A stretch of DNA of 64,000 nucleotides from an uncultured virus (IMG/VR IMGVR_UViG_3300028805_000095) (lineage: Duplodnaviria; Heunggongvirae; Uroviricota; Caudoviricetes). The notes under the pieces were generated by a model. It saw nothing but the letters and a program-made list of their open reading frames with translations. It was not told where the DNA came from and did no database searches. The position numbers and the translations under genes are program-made. Location: IMG/VR virus record IMGVR_UViG_3300028805_000095. One strand, given 5' to 3'. Each line of letters starts with the position of its first letter. Position 1 is the first letter of the stretch. Below are positions 28,616-40,660 of this stretch, one piece after another.

Positions 28616-29830
28616 ATGGCATCTAAATTAATGAATTTATTTAGAGACAAGATGGCTAAAAGTAAGAGTTCAAATATCAAAGAAGCTAACTTCGATGTAA
28701 TGTATCCTACTGGATTTCTTGGAATTGACTACATTAATGGCACCTGTGTGCACGTTAAGGGCAATGGTATGGATATGTCATATAATTCAGTTGGCCTTAT
28801 GGATGGTAGTAGTTGCACATTCATCTCTCGTTCTGGTACAGGTAAGTCAACACTAGTTACTCAGATTATAGGTAATCAATTAAGACAGTTCCCTAATTCG
28901 ACTGCATATATAGATGATATTGAAGGTTCTCTTCCTATATCAAGAAAAGAGTTCCTATTAGGATTATCTGAAGAAGAACTTAATGATAGAGTATTCTTTA
29001 GAAATACAGATATTACTACAGAGAATGTATATGACAATATCAGAAGCATTTATGATATAAAAATGGAAAATAAAGCAGAATTTGAATATGATACTGGTTT
29101 ATTCGATATTTATGGAAATAGAATTTATAAACTTGTACCTACATTCTACTTTATCGATTCATTAGCATTACTTATGCCAGATGAAGTTATGCAGGATGAT
29201 GATTTAGGAAGTAATATGACAGGTTCTTCTGTAGCTAAACAGAATACTGCTTTAGTAAAGAAGATTAGTCAGTTACTTAAAGGAGCAAATATTATGCTCT
29301 ATACTATAAATCATATTCTTGATGATATTCAGATTGGATTTATTCCTAAGCCTCAGCAGATTGCTGGACTTAAGCAAGGTGAGAGATTACCTGGTGGAAA
29401 GACTATGCTTTATTTAGCGAACAATATGTTTAGACTTGATGAAAAAGGTCTACTTAAAGAATCAGAGGGCTATGGAATTAACGGTAGTATAGTAGATATA
29501 ACAATCGTTAAGTCTAGAACTAATGCTAGTAGAAGATCTGTACCTCTTATTTTTGATAAATCAAATGGTGCATTTGACAATGAATTATCATTGTTACATT
29601 TATTAAAAACAGAAGGTTATACAGCAGGAGCTGGAAAGGCATGCTATATAACAACTAATCCTGATGCTAAATTTTCTCTTAAGACGTTTAAACAGGATCT
29701 TAGAAGTAATCCTGAATTGCAAGTTGCATTTGCTACGGCAGCTAAGACTGTATTAGAGGGATTATTATCAGATACTAAAGTACAAGAGAAATCAGAAGAA
29801 GATTTCGATATTAATAGCATGATATTATAG
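28616..29830 (+). CDS. RecA/UvsX-like recombinase
   Basis: PTGFLGIDY, SRSGTGKST Walker A, IDDIEGS, YFIDSLA Walker B, YTINH, LPGGK, VKSR. Confidence 0.8.
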   Translation: MASKLMNLFRDKMAKSKSSNIKEANFDVMYPTGFLGIDYINGTCVHVKGNGMDMSYNSVGLMDGSSCTFISRSGTGKSTLVTQIIGNQLRQFPNSTAYIDDIEGSLPISRKEFLLGLSEEELNDRVFFRNTDITTENVYDNIRSIYDIKMENKAEFEYDTGLFDIYGNRIYKLVPTFYFIDSLALLMPDEVMQDDDLGSNMTGSSVAKQNTALVKKISQLLKGANIMLYTINHILDDIQIGFIPKPQQIAGLKQGERLPGGKTMLYLANNMFRLDEKGLLKESEGYGINGSIVDITIVKSRTNASRRSVPLIFDKSNGAFDNELSLLHLLKTEGYTAGAGKACYITTNPDAKFSLKTFKQDLRSNPELQVAFATAAKTVLEGLLSDTKVQEKSEEDFDINSMIL

Positions 29831-29953
29831 AAATTTATAATGGAAGAGATTCTATATCTCTTCCATTTGATTTCTTTATTAAAAGAAATTATAATAATAT
29901 ATTATAGAAGTGTATAGCAAACAAAATCATTTTATAAAAGGAGAATTCTAATT

Positions 29954-30178
29954 ATGGAAATTCTATCAGTAGGATCATTTCTTCCAGGCAAGCCTATTAG
30001 TGGTAAAGATAATATCATTGTCTGCAAGAAATGCCAAGCTACACTAAAGTTTAATTATGAAGATATGTGGGTAAAACACAAGTTAGGTAATGAAATGAAT
30101 TATATAACTTGTATGTCATGTGGTCATGAGATGCCTGTATCTGAAGTAAAGAGAGATGAATATAAGAGAAAACAATAG
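29954..30178 (+). CDS. zinc-ribbon protein
   Basis: CKKC...CMSCG. Confidence 0.65.
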   Translation: MEILSVGSFLPGKPISGKDNIIVCKKCQATLKFNYEDMWVKHKLGNEMNYITCMSCGHEMPVSEVKRDEYKRKQ

Positions 30179-30252
30179 TCTTATAATTCATCTCTCTGAT
30201 ATATAGATTTCTATATGTCGTGATTAGTTTTTTATTAAGAAAGGAAATAATT

Positions 30253-32983
30253 ATGGCAGAATCTTATTATAGTGAAAAACTAGCAGAGGCTGAAGCTAGG
30301 ATACAATCGCCAGAGAGTATGCTAGGAATAGGCCTAAAACAACCTTTCAATAACTGTGAATCAGCATCTCGTAAACTTATGGCGTCGGTACACACGTCAC
30401 ATACAATGCCCCTATTCCGCGGGGAGAAAGCATTTATTGAGACTGGTTATGAGATTAGATTTGGTGATTATAGTTCTTCTATTACTAAGACTGATAGTGA
30501 TTATAGGGTTATAGCAAAGATATCTAAATATTCATTCTCTCCGAATCATATGTATTATCTAATCGTAGAGGATTTAAGGGCTAGGAAGTTAGATGTAATA
30601 GAAAGAATACCATATCATTATGTAACTGAATCATATGGATTCTTATATAATAATACTACATTGGACAATACAGAAGTTGGTCAGGTTATACCTAATAATA
30701 CTATTATGCAGAAGTCACTAGCATTTGACCAGTATAATAATAGAACAGATGGCCTGAATCTTAATGTAGTATATTTGAGTCTAGACCAGAATCTAGAAGA
30801 TTCAGTAATCGTAAGTCAGGCAGCAGCAGATAAGATGTTAGCTCCATTGGTTAAACCTGTATCTATAATGATAAATGAGAATAATATTCCGTTGAATCTT
30901 TATGGAGATGATAAGGTTTATAAATGTATTCCTGATATAGGTGAAGATATTAAGGATAATATCTTGATAGCTTTACGTAAGGAAAAGAAAGAAGAGATGG
31001 TATTTACTGAATCTGTAGATAGATTGAGAACAGTAATGATGTCTGATGAGAAGAAGCTATTAGCTGGTAAGGTAATAGACGTAAATATCAGATGTAATAA
31101 CCCAGAGAATCTCAATACGTATCATAATAGTCAGTTTAAGATGTATTATGATGAGTTACAGAGAATGTCTCAGGAGATTGTTACTGCAGTAACACCATAT
31201 CAGATGAATGGATATGAGATATCTTATGATTTAAAGAAGTTATATAGTACATCTATCCAGGTACTTAATCATGTAGAATATATTGACAAGAGACCTTTCT
31301 CTAATATCATTCTTGAAGTAGTTGTATTGGAAGATATGACATTGAAAGAAGGAGATAAAGTATCTAATCGATACGGAGGCAAAGGCGTCGTTAGTAAAAT
31401 AGTTCCTACAGAATTAATGCCTACATTCGGTGATGATAACGAAAGAGTAGATTTGATATTCAACTCATTCACTATGTATAACCGTGTAAATCCTGGTCAG
31501 ATATTTGAAACTCATATAAATCATGTATCTCATGAAATAGTAAAGAAGATATCTTCTGGTACACTAACTATAGCACAATCATTTGCTGAGATATATAAAT
31601 TCTTGGATATAGTAATACCAGAAGAGAAAATTGCATTAAAACAATATGTAGATGATATGAGTATGGAAGAGAAGAGATTCTATCTCGAATCTGTAGTTAT
31701 GGATGGTTGTATACAATTATCTATGAAACCTATATCTGATAGTTTTGATATAGATAGATTAAAGAAGTTGTATGATACATTCCCTTATGCTACTCATATG
31801 ACATTAAAAGTTCCGATGAAAGATTCCAATGGTAATTATCGTATGGTAAATGCCAGAAGAAAGGTCATAGTTGGTAAAGAATACATATACAGGTTGAAGC
31901 AATTTGCCGAAGAGAAATTTTCAGCTACATCTTTATCAGCTACTAATGTCAAAGGAACTAATACTAAATCTAAGGCAGCTAAGAATTGTAATGAATTATA
32001 TTCTAATACACCGATAAGGTTCGGCAAACTCGTTGCCAGTGTATAGGGTAACCTGTGCACTCTCCAAGGTTAAATGCAGGTAATAGGTCAAGAGTCTTGC
32101 ACCAAAGCGGAATTCAATAGCATAGAGAATAAACGTAATGGTACGAAAGTAGAAAAAACGCAAGAATGATTCATGGTGAAATAAAAGCTTATATATCTCT
32201 CCAAATATATAAGTCCTAAAAATCGTTAACAAGCCTTGTTCATGCAGCGAAACATCATATGCGAAGATAATAAATGATGGACGTTCAACGACTATCCGAT
32301 TGGGTCGGAGTAAAACCACAAGTATACAATGGTGGAAGAAAAATCTTGCTCCTCATATGAGGATGTACAAATAGTCTGTACACTGAGTAATGTCAGTGGA
32401 TATCTATATGATATCTCTATAAGAATTAATACGACTTATAGAAAACATTTTATAGAACATGGAGGTCAATAACTTTAATCATATAGGACCTGAAGCAGTT
32501 ATACAGAATCTTATGATTCATTCTGTATCTCCTCAGGGTAGAAAACGTGTAGAAGAAATGTATACATGCAACCCTTATGATATTGACATCAAATTAGATA
32601 TGAATTCAACAAATAGAGTTGCTGAGATAGTTAATACTTATCTGAAAGCTATTGGATTGAGACTGGTATTTGCTAAAGTACCTAAGTATAGATATAAGAC
32701 AGCTATATCTCCATTTACTAGTCAGACTAATCCTATCATTGATCCGTTTATACAAGCACCTTCTGATGTAGAAGATAAGGCTAAGTATATTGAAGAGATG
32801 AAGAAGTTTGAGGCAAAGAAGGCTAAAGATAAGAAATTAATTCAACCGTTTGTATTTGACGTTAGTGATATACGTAGAAAATACAGACAGAACGAGATTA
32901 ATAAACTGGCATTCCAGTATAGAAATCTCACTGCTAGAGAAAGATACGAATTATATAAGAAACAACAAGGAGAAGAGGGATAA
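30253..32983 (+). CDS. RNA polymerase beta subunit, C-terminal half, spliced (join 30253..32025,32456..32983; 766 aa)
   Basis: SRKLMAS, NLEDSVIVS, GDKVSNRYGGKGVVSKI, NRVNPGQIFE, YIYRLKQ, PIRFG|NMEV (RFGEME homolog). Confidence 0.88.
32026..32455 (+). mobile_element. group I intron (ORF-less, 430 nt) in RNAP beta-C
   Basis: Removal restores RFG-NME; P1 GGCAA/TTGCC; TTCAACGACTAT and AATAGTCTG core strands; ends in G. Confidence 0.82.
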
Positions 32984-33071
32984 AATATCCCTCTTCTCTA
33001 TTCTACTGGTAGTAAATTGTAGATTTTTAATATTTACAAAACAGTAGAATAAGAAAGGAGGTATTATTATC

Positions 33072-35417
33072 GTGGAACAACAGATGAAGTTGATATTTGA
33101 TGAATTATGCAAGGCTAATTCTTCTATATTAACTTTAGAGAATATCAATTTCATATCTAATACTGCGATATATCTGTTTAATAAGTCCAGAAATCATGAA
33201 GAATTTACAGAAGAAGATGTAAATACTTTAAAGATATTGATTATGATATGTAATCTGACTTATAATAGAACAGATGGATTAATCTTACCAGTAGAAGATG
33301 GAGTATATGATATTCTAAATGAGAAATATAAATCTATAGACCCACACTTTCAAGTTGGCTCTGCAGTGGTACAATTTCAGTCTATGGCTGAGAAGCAATT
33401 AGAGCAAGAAGGTAAACAAATCATACAACCGTTTGTGATGATTGAACAACCGAAGAATAATGACGAGATATCTCTACAATTTAGAGATGAGATAAAGAGT
33501 TTTGACCAGCATAAGTATAATTTCAATGATGTATTCTATGATAAAAATCAATATATGTACGATATGAATATATCAAAGAGAACACATAATACAGCTCATA
33601 ACCATCCTGAACTAGTAGGTACATTAGATAAGGCTAAATTTATCTTAAATCAAGATGCTATAGATAAAGATGTATTTGATGACCCTAATGTATCTGTATT
33701 AGAGAGAGATTTCTTTGGCAAGCATATAATGATGGGAATCATTACACCAGACCAAGAGTTAGATATGGTTATTGAATTGAAGATGGACGGCATAAGTGTG
33801 GAAGCTGACTGTACAGATATAGTCACATCTGCAAGAACTAGAGGTGATACAGGTATAGGATTAGCCTCTGATATAACTCCAATGCTGTATGGATATAAGT
33901 TTACTAGAAATGATGTGCTGAAAGACAGAACAGTAGGAGTCAAATTTGAAGCGATAATGACTAAGTCAGATTTAAGCAGATTCAATATCGCCAGACAAGC
34001 TAATTATGCTAACTGTAGAACTGCAATAATTGGATTATTTGGTGCATCTGATGCTAATTTATATAGAGATTATATTACATTAGTACCGTTAGCTATTGAT
34101 AGAAAAGATGTACCTGAGATATCTAATCGTATGGAAGAAATAGAGTTAATGAATAGACTCTATAGAACTAAAGGTGAGCCGTTAAGACATGTATATATCC
34201 ATGGAAATTATCAAACTTGTTTGTACTTGATTAAGAAATTTGCTGAAGAAGCTAAATACGCTAGAAATTATCTAGATTTTATGTTTGATGGAATAGTTGT
34301 AAGTTATTTAGATGAAGGTATCAGACAGAAACTAGGTAGAGTAAATAATGTAAACAAGTATTCTATGGCAGTAAAGTTTGATCCTATGTCTAAATTAGCA
34401 ACTTTCTTAGGATATACATATGAAGTTGGTTCAACTGGAGCGATATGTCCAATGATACATTATACACCTACCGAATTCATGGGTGCTATAATGACTAAAA
34501 CTTCTGGAGCTAGTTATGCTAGATTCCAAGAATTAGCTTTAAGAAGAGGTGATGTGGTTAAAGTAACTTATACCAATGATGTATTGTGTTATGTAGATAA
34601 ACTGGATTGTGAGCATAATAGAAATAATACAGAACCATTAGAAGTATTTCCTGAAGTTTGTCCTGTTTGTGGAACTAGGTTGGTATTCTCTGATAGTGGT
34701 AAGACAGCAAGCTGTCCTAATTTCAATTGTGATGGTAGGAAAATAGCTCGTATGTCGAACATGCTAAAGAAGATGAATGTCAAAGGATTCTCAGATAGTA
34801 CAGTATATCAATTAGGAGTATATTCATTCCATGAGTTAATGAGTATGTCTGAACAGGATATGCAGATAATTGGTCCTACTAATGCATATAATCTAGTTAC
34901 AGCATTGAATACTTTAAGAACAGAACCACAAGAAGATTATAAGATAATAGGTGCTTTAGGATTTACTGGTTTAAGTGCTAGAAAATGGAAGCTGATATTA
35001 TCTTCTATATCTATAAGAGATTTGATTAAGTTATCTGGGGAAGATTTACTGATAGTGATATCTGAGATTAAGGGACTTGGACAAGCAGCAGCAGAAACAA
35101 TCTATAATGAACTACCATATTATATAGATGATATAAATTATATCATAAATAATATGAATATAATTAATTCTGTAGATGCTGTGCCTTTATCTGGTAAACA
35201 TATAAGATTCACAGGTACTAGAGATTATGAATTAGAAGCACAATTAAAAGCAATGGGTCACGATGCTGACTCAAAGGGAACAGTTACTAAGGAAACTGAT
35301 ATACTGATAGTTCCTTATGATGGATTTAGTAGTAGTAAAACTGCTAAGGTATCTAGTGACTGTATTGTAGTTGCGTTAGATGAGTTTAAAATGAATATGA
35401 GTAAATATTTATTGTAA
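33072..35417 (+). CDS. ligA: NAD-dependent DNA ligase
   Basis: GTLDK, ELKMDGIS, TRGDTGIG, FDGIVV, AVKF, CPVC...CPNFNC zinc finger, HhH and BRCT-like RFTGT. Confidence 0.9.
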   Translation: MEQQMKLIFDELCKANSSILTLENINFISNTAIYLFNKSRNHEEFTEEDVNTLKILIMICNLTYNRTDGLILPVEDGVYDILNEKYKSIDPHFQVGSAVVQFQSMAEKQLEQEGKQIIQPFVMIEQPKNNDEISLQFRDEIKSFDQHKYNFNDVFYDKNQYMYDMNISKRTHNTAHNHPELVGTLDKAKFILNQDAIDKDVFDDPNVSVLERDFFGKHIMMGIITPDQELDMVIELKMDGISVEADCTDIVTSARTRGDTGIGLASDITPMLYGYKFTRNDVLKDRTVGVKFEAIMTKSDLSRFNIARQANYANCRTAIIGLFGASDANLYRDYITLVPLAIDRKDVPEISNRMEEIELMNRLYRTKGEPLRHVYIHGNYQTCLYLIKKFAEEAKYARNYLDFMFDGIVVSYLDEGIRQKLGRVNNVNKYSMAVKFDPMSKLATFLGYTYEVGSTGAICPMIHYTPTEFMGAIMTKTSGASYARFQELALRRGDVVKVTYTNDVLCYVDKLDCEHNRNNTEPLEVFPEVCPVCGTRLVFSDSGKTASCPNFNCDGRKIARMSNMLKKMNVKGFSDSTVYQLGVYSFHELMSMSEQDMQIIGPTNAYNLVTALNTLRTEPQEDYKIIGALGFTGLSARKWKLILSSISIRDLIKLSGEDLLIVISEIKGLGQAAAETIYNELPYYIDDINYIINNMNIINSVDAVPLSGKHIRFTGTRDYELEAQLKAMGHDADSKGTVTKETDILIVPYDGFSSSKTAKVSSDCIVVALDEFKMNMSKYLL

Positions 35418-35535
35418 AAATTTACAAACCTATCTAACAGTTTTAGTAATGAGCAAAATAGATATCAATAATATATTATATCTATGAGCTAATACATGTA
35501 TTCTCAAAATAATCATTTTAAGGAGGCAAGAAAAA

Positions 35536-36138
35536 ATGATAAGAGCTCTTAGCGACACAAAAGTGTGTCAGATGGTATCCACAGGATTATATTCTGAGAA
35601 AGGATTTGATGTACCTGCTGCATTCGTTCCTAAGTTATTGGATGTAACTGTAGTAGCAACTACTGATGCATTGAAGGACATTAAGTCTAAGGATTATCCT
35701 GTAGCATTTAAGTATTGCAAGCCCAATGGAGATTTCATTTGTGCAGGAATTGTAAAGTTCTTCCCTAATGAAGATAAGGACAATCCTGGCAACTGGAATT
35801 ATACTTGGACATTTGATGAGAAGGATCTTGAAGGTATCGATCATGTAAGAGATCCTTATGACAGCGCTCTTAATTCATATTTTAGAGGTGCATCTATTTC
35901 TAAATATGGATTTGATGCTAAGGAATCTGTTTACTATGGAGATGTAGCTTGCTATCTCTTCCAGTGTATTAAGAAATGGTTAGATGACAACGCTGTTGAA
36001 GGTGAAGAGAATGGTGTTGCTCTTGATGGTATTATCCAGTTTAGAGTGGCTGTAGAAGAAGGTGAGAAAGTAATGTCTGCAGAACCTGATTCAGAAATCA
36101 AGGTACTCATTAAAGACGACGCGGCCATTGAGGCCTAA
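35536..36138 (+). CDS. hypothetical protein
   Basis: 200 aa, AAGGAGG RBS. Confidence 0.75.
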   Translation: MIRALSDTKVCQMVSTGLYSEKGFDVPAAFVPKLLDVTVVATTDALKDIKSKDYPVAFKYCKPNGDFICAGIVKFFPNEDKDNPGNWNYTWTFDEKDLEGIDHVRDPYDSALNSYFRGASISKYGFDAKESVYYGDVACYLFQCIKKWLDDNAVEGEENGVALDGIIQFRVAVEEGEKVMSAEPDSEIKVLIKDDAAIEA

Positions 36139-36204
36139 TTTTAGTTGAGTGGAATATATCCACTCAATAATGGGAATTTTCAGAGAGGAGAGAATTTTTT
36201 ACCA

Positions 36205-36930
36205 ATGGCAATCTATGATAAGTTAGTAAATATAAAAGGTGGCCGTTTTGGTGTCTTCTCAGAAGAATATTATAAATCTCATATGGACATTCTAAAAGAT
36301 GATGACCATTGTGCAGTAGAGATAAATCGTAATGGAAAGAATTATATCTTACCGATATTAAGCACTATGAATAGTGCAGATAATCCTGGTATTTATAGTG
36401 CTGATGGTAAGATTAGTTTCATAAACTATCCATCAGAAGAAGATGAAAAAGCATATATGCCAGAAGGCGATGACGTGCTGTTATTTGATGATTACGATTC
36501 TTTACAGACAATTAGTGATGCTAAGAAGAAGTTAGATGAGAGCATTAATAAACTTATAGAGACGACAGACGGTAGTTCGATTTATAGACCTCCGCTCTTA
36601 GAAAGTGATTCTGCAGAAATGCGTGCAATGAAAGAATGTATCATAGCAAAGAATATTGACCTTGATAAATACAAGGACAGATTTGGGGCTAATTATCCTA
36701 ATGATAAGAGGAAGCTCAAAGATGATAATATCACTTTGAATATGATATCTAGAATGTGTGAGAACTTAGACATCAGATTAGACTTAGTGTTTAGTGATGC
36801 TAGTGGAGAAATTCCTAATCCTATGGATAAAGTTGTTAAAGCAAATATTATTCCTGGAGATGGAAGCTGTATAATTATCAGTAAAGATACAGTTGATGAT
36901 ACTGATGAAATAGAAGATGACGAAGATTAA
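36205..36930 (+). CDS. hypothetical protein, possible HTH
   Basis: ATG after GAGGAG; ITLNMISRMCENLD resembles an XRE-type helix. Confidence 0.65.
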   Translation: MAIYDKLVNIKGGRFGVFSEEYYKSHMDILKDDDHCAVEINRNGKNYILPILSTMNSADNPGIYSADGKISFINYPSEEDEKAYMPEGDDVLLFDDYDSLQTISDAKKKLDESINKLIETTDGSSIYRPPLLESDSAEMRAMKECIIAKNIDLDKYKDRFGANYPNDKRKLKDDNITLNMISRMCENLDIRLDLVFSDASGEIPNPMDKVVKANIIPGDGSCIIISKDTVDDTDEIEDDED

Positions 36931-36944
36931 TGGAGGTTTTATAA

Positions 36945-38816
36945 ATGGAATTGACACAATCTCAATTTATGAGACTTTATAATGAAACTCATCGAGAGCA
37001 GTTTAATCCAGTATTCTTCGAACGTAGTAATCAGGAAATCATGGATTGTATGAAGAAGATTATCTTATCTTGTGAAAGAGATAAGTATTTCACTCTCAAA
37101 GTTTTAGATATGAGAGAAATTTACGATTATGAAGAAATAATAAATCTCTTAAGAGATTACGAAGACAAGAGTAGAAAGAAATCGTCAAAGGCTGAAAACC
37201 CTTATGATTATATCAACATCAAAGATTCTGACATCATGCTATTAGAGGTCAAGTATTTTATAAGACATAATGGTACAGAGATTGATCAGATTACTAATGA
37301 AGTAAGATGTAATCCTTGGGAAGTATTGACAGTATACATTGTACTTCCGAGATTTACTAAGAAGTATTATTTCAGATTGAATGGTAATTATTATAGCGAT
37401 ATCTTTCAGATAGTAGATGGTTCAACTTACAATAACATCACTGGTGGTAAGAATAAGAAAAGTCAATGTAATACATTCAAGACTATGTTCACCCCGATAA
37501 GAATGTATAGAGTTTATAGAGACCTACAAGATGTATCAGGAGAGATGATTAAGCATACTGTATTTACGGTTAATATTAATATAGTATTCAATTCATTTAC
37601 TAACTGTATATTCTATCTATTAGCGAACTATGGATTCTATAATTGCTGTGATTTCTTAGATATTCATTGTGTGCAAATACTTGATGAACCTATCCTTGAC
37701 GGAGAACATTATAACTTTGAAAAACACGGTATTTATGTGACGTATCCTAAATATTGTTATCAAGATCCTATGGTACAAGCATTCGCTGCTACTATAGTCG
37801 ATGCTATTAGTTCTAATTGTACTATAGATGACTTATTTGATATAAGATATTGGTTACTAAACTTAGGTGCTGCTTTTAAGAATGCTTCGATTGAAAAAGG
37901 TTTGTTTATTCTAGATGCTTTAGATGGTACTTATGATTTAATTACCAAAGAAGAATTACATTTACCAGATGATATGAAAGCTGATATCTATATGGTTCTT
38001 AGATGGTTAATGAGAGAATTTGGATATATCAGAGCTAAGAATAATGTAGATGTAACTCTAAAGAGATATAGAATAGGTGAGCCTATCGCAGCAGTATATG
38101 CAAAGAAAATAACCACAGGTCTAAATATCTGTGCAGATATGGGTAAGAAAGTTACACTTTATAGTGTGCATAAGCATATTAATACGATACCTATGTATGT
38201 AATTAATAATATCATAAATATGAGTAACTTAATTGCATATAGAGATTTAGTAAATGATAATGATGGAATGACAGCATTGAAATTTACTTATAAAGGAATC
38301 TCTGGATTAGGTGAGAATGGAACTTCTATTCAACAGACATATCGTTATGTAGACCCTAGTCATGCTGGAATATTAGACTTAGATAGTTCAACTACTTCCG
38401 ATCCTGGAATGAGTGGAACTATCTGTCCATTAGCAACTGTTTATAAAGGTAATTCATTCTCTGAATATGAAGAGCCGAACTTCTGGGAAGAACAATATAA
38501 GCATTTCCAGACAGAATGGTTTGAATCTCATTATCCTAAGAAGATACAGCCATTCGTATTTAAGGAACCTTATACTCCAGATTATACATCTTTAAGAAAA
38601 CAAATAGTTAAAGAGAATCTAGAGATAGATAAAGTCATAGTTCCATTCTTTAGTGTAGAAGACCCTAGCATCGAATACTCAATAGCATACTTCCAAGTAG
38701 GTGAAGAGTATGAAAGTGAGAAACAAGTTCCTTCTATGTTTACTATAGTTAATGACGACGAAGCTGAATCTATCAATACCCTCGATGACTATGATGATTA
38801 TGATGATTATGACTAG
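36945..38816 (+). CDS. RNA polymerase beta subunit, N-terminal half
   Basis: LPRF...YFRLNGNYYSDIFQIVD; KFTYKGISG; YRYVDPSHAGILDLDSSTTSDPGMSG (RDVHxSHYGRIC homolog). Confidence 0.82.
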   Translation: MELTQSQFMRLYNETHREQFNPVFFERSNQEIMDCMKKIILSCERDKYFTLKVLDMREIYDYEEIINLLRDYEDKSRKKSSKAENPYDYINIKDSDIMLLEVKYFIRHNGTEIDQITNEVRCNPWEVLTVYIVLPRFTKKYYFRLNGNYYSDIFQIVDGSTYNNITGGKNKKSQCNTFKTMFTPIRMYRVYRDLQDVSGEMIKHTVFTVNINIVFNSFTNCIFYLLANYGFYNCCDFLDIHCVQILDEPILDGEHYNFEKHGIYVTYPKYCYQDPMVQAFAATIVDAISSNCTIDDLFDIRYWLLNLGAAFKNASIEKGLFILDALDGTYDLITKEELHLPDDMKADIYMVLRWLMREFGYIRAKNNVDVTLKRYRIGEPIAAVYAKKITTGLNICADMGKKVTLYSVHKHINTIPMYVINNIINMSNLIAYRDLVNDNDGMTALKFTYKGISGLGENGTSIQQTYRYVDPSHAGILDLDSSTTSDPGMSGTICPLATVYKGNSFSEYEEPNFWEEQYKHFQTEWFESHYPKKIQPFVFKEPYTPDYTSLRKQIVKENLEIDKVIVPFFSVEDPSIEYSIAYFQVGEEYESEKQVPSMFTIVNDDEAESINTLDDYDDYDDYD

Positions 38817-38824
38817 GAGGAAAT

Positions 38825-39082
38825 ATGGGACCTAAAGATAATGTATACTTTGTATATTCTGACCAGCAGATAAAAGAAGATAAACAGATAAATAACAATA
38901 TTGGTAGAAAGTTTGAACCTGGTAATGTCTCTATAGGCAATACCAGAGCAAAATATAGCAAGATAATTCTTACTAGTGATTTAGATAAGATGACAGCTAT
39001 GTATCCTGATACCAAGATTGTTACCAAAGGCATATTAGGTAATATTAAATATACTGCAATAGATAATGGATTCGTAAGATAA
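38825..39082 (+). CDS. hypothetical protein
   Basis: 85 aa, AGGAGG RBS, followed by a terminator hairpin near 39088-39121. Confidence 0.7.
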   Translation: MGPKDNVYFVYSDQQIKEDKQINNNIGRKFEPGNVSIGNTRAKYSKIILTSDLDKMTAMYPDTKIVTKGILGNIKYTAIDNGFVR

Positions 39083-39152
39083 TTTTATATGACTCTATAG
39101 GCTTAGTCCTATAGAGTCATAAATTTTTGTATATTTGGAGGTATTGATTTTT

Positions 39153-39872
39153 ATGCTTACTAACAAATTGACTTTAGAAGAATATATCAAGATATTCAAT
39201 TTCTTATCTAAAGTAATCTTTTATTCTACTTTAGGTAATCCGTATTCAAAGAATACAAATCCTTTAGGACCACTTAGAAAAGAATGTTGTACAGATTTAA
39301 TTAAGAATGACAGATATTTAAATTTAGCAGCGGAGAAATTGGCAAAAAAGACCGACATATATGAAGATTTTAAAATACAGGACATGTATACTAGTAAAAT
39401 CAGCGATGATATAACAGTATCAATTGTTACATTTGAAAATTCTAAAGCTATGACAGAGACCAATTCAGACGTTTTTATAGAAGAACCTTTATTTAGAGAT
39501 GATAATATACGTCTATATGTGTTCATAGATACTGGATTATTTGACCCTAATAATAATGAGTGCATAAGTTGTAGAAAGTATTTAAATGAAATTCTTGATT
39601 CTATACATTATGTAATCAACGTTTATCCAGTAACAGTAGGTAAAAATAGAGGAATGAAATGTAACTATGCTTATTTTAATGAACTAATGAGTCATTTACT
39701 ATATTCAAATGATGATGAAGAAGAATCTTATATGCATAAGATTAATATCACTATAGATAAGATTACAGGTGTAGTTACTGATGATAGTAGAGATTATCTG
39801 GCTCTTAATCTTGATAAGTTGGAAGAAATAAGAGCAATATTTAGAGATTTCATATACTTGGCTAAATACTAA
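39153..39872 (+). CDS. hypothetical protein
   Basis: ATG after GGAGGT. Confidence 0.65.
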   Translation: MLTNKLTLEEYIKIFNFLSKVIFYSTLGNPYSKNTNPLGPLRKECCTDLIKNDRYLNLAAEKLAKKTDIYEDFKIQDMYTSKISDDITVSIVTFENSKAMTETNSDVFIEEPLFRDDNIRLYVFIDTGLFDPNNNECISCRKYLNEILDSIHYVINVYPVTVGKNRGMKCNYAYFNELMSHLLYSNDDEEESYMHKINITIDKITGVVTDDSRDYLALNLDKLEEIRAIFRDFIYLAKY

Positions 39873-39891
39873 AAGAAAAGGAGGTGTAGTT

Positions 39892-40317
39892 ATGTCCTTA
39901 AGTGAAGAAGATAGACAATTTGCTCAAGATTTAAAGAAATTACCACCGATAATAATTGCTAAATTATTATGTGAACCTAGTGAATATGATTGCTCAACAT
40001 GCCCAGTGAATACAGGTGCAACCACTGCACTTCCATGTGGTGATATTAATTGTTCATTAATTGATACAGATGAACAGATGATATCATCAGTAGTTGTAGA
40101 TTATTTCAGAACTATACGTTACATGTCAGATGAAGATGCTTTGAAACGATTTAGAGATTTTAATCAAGAGACATTGTCAAAATGCATTGATGCTTTAATC
40201 GCTGAACAAGACGCACGTCATAAAAAGTTTGAAGAATGGCATGAGCGATTTAATAGAGACTGGGATGATGACCGTAGAAGAGAAGAATGGGATAGAATGA
40301 GAAATAATGAGTGGTAG
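39892..40317 (+). CDS. hypothetical protein
   Basis: 141 aa, AAGGAGGTG RBS. Confidence 0.65.
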   Translation: MSLSEEDRQFAQDLKKLPPIIIAKLLCEPSEYDCSTCPVNTGATTALPCGDINCSLIDTDEQMISSVVVDYFRTIRYMSDEDALKRFRDFNQETLSKCIDALIAEQDARHKKFEEWHERFNRDWDDDRRREEWDRMRNNEW

Positions 40318-40381
40318 AGATACCACTCATTATTATTTTTTATTACTAGTAGAACCTAATTATAACAAGGAGATTAATTAT

Positions 40382-40660
40382 ATGGCAATCATACCTTTTA
40401 TAACAAGTGAGAACTACTGTATGCATTGTAAGAGTGAGAATACTTTGGTATATCATGATTTACATGGTAAAGATTATAATCAATTATTATATCCTATACA
40501 GTATGCTCAGTGTAAAAAATGTGGTCATATCTACTTTATGAGATGGGTTCCTACTGAAAATGGTGAAGTTATCCCTTTCTATGATGAAGAAGATACGATT
40601 GATAAATTTAGTAAAGAAATTATAGATTATGCAAAAACTCATAGGAGAATTTTGACATGA
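40382..40660 (+). CDS. zinc-ribbon protein
   Basis: ATG after AAGGAG; CMHC...CKKCG. Confidence 0.65.
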   Translation: MAIIPFITSENYCMHCKSENTLVYHDLHGKDYNQLLYPIQYAQCKKCGHIYFMRWVPTENGEVIPFYDEEDTIDKFSKEIIDYAKTHRRILT

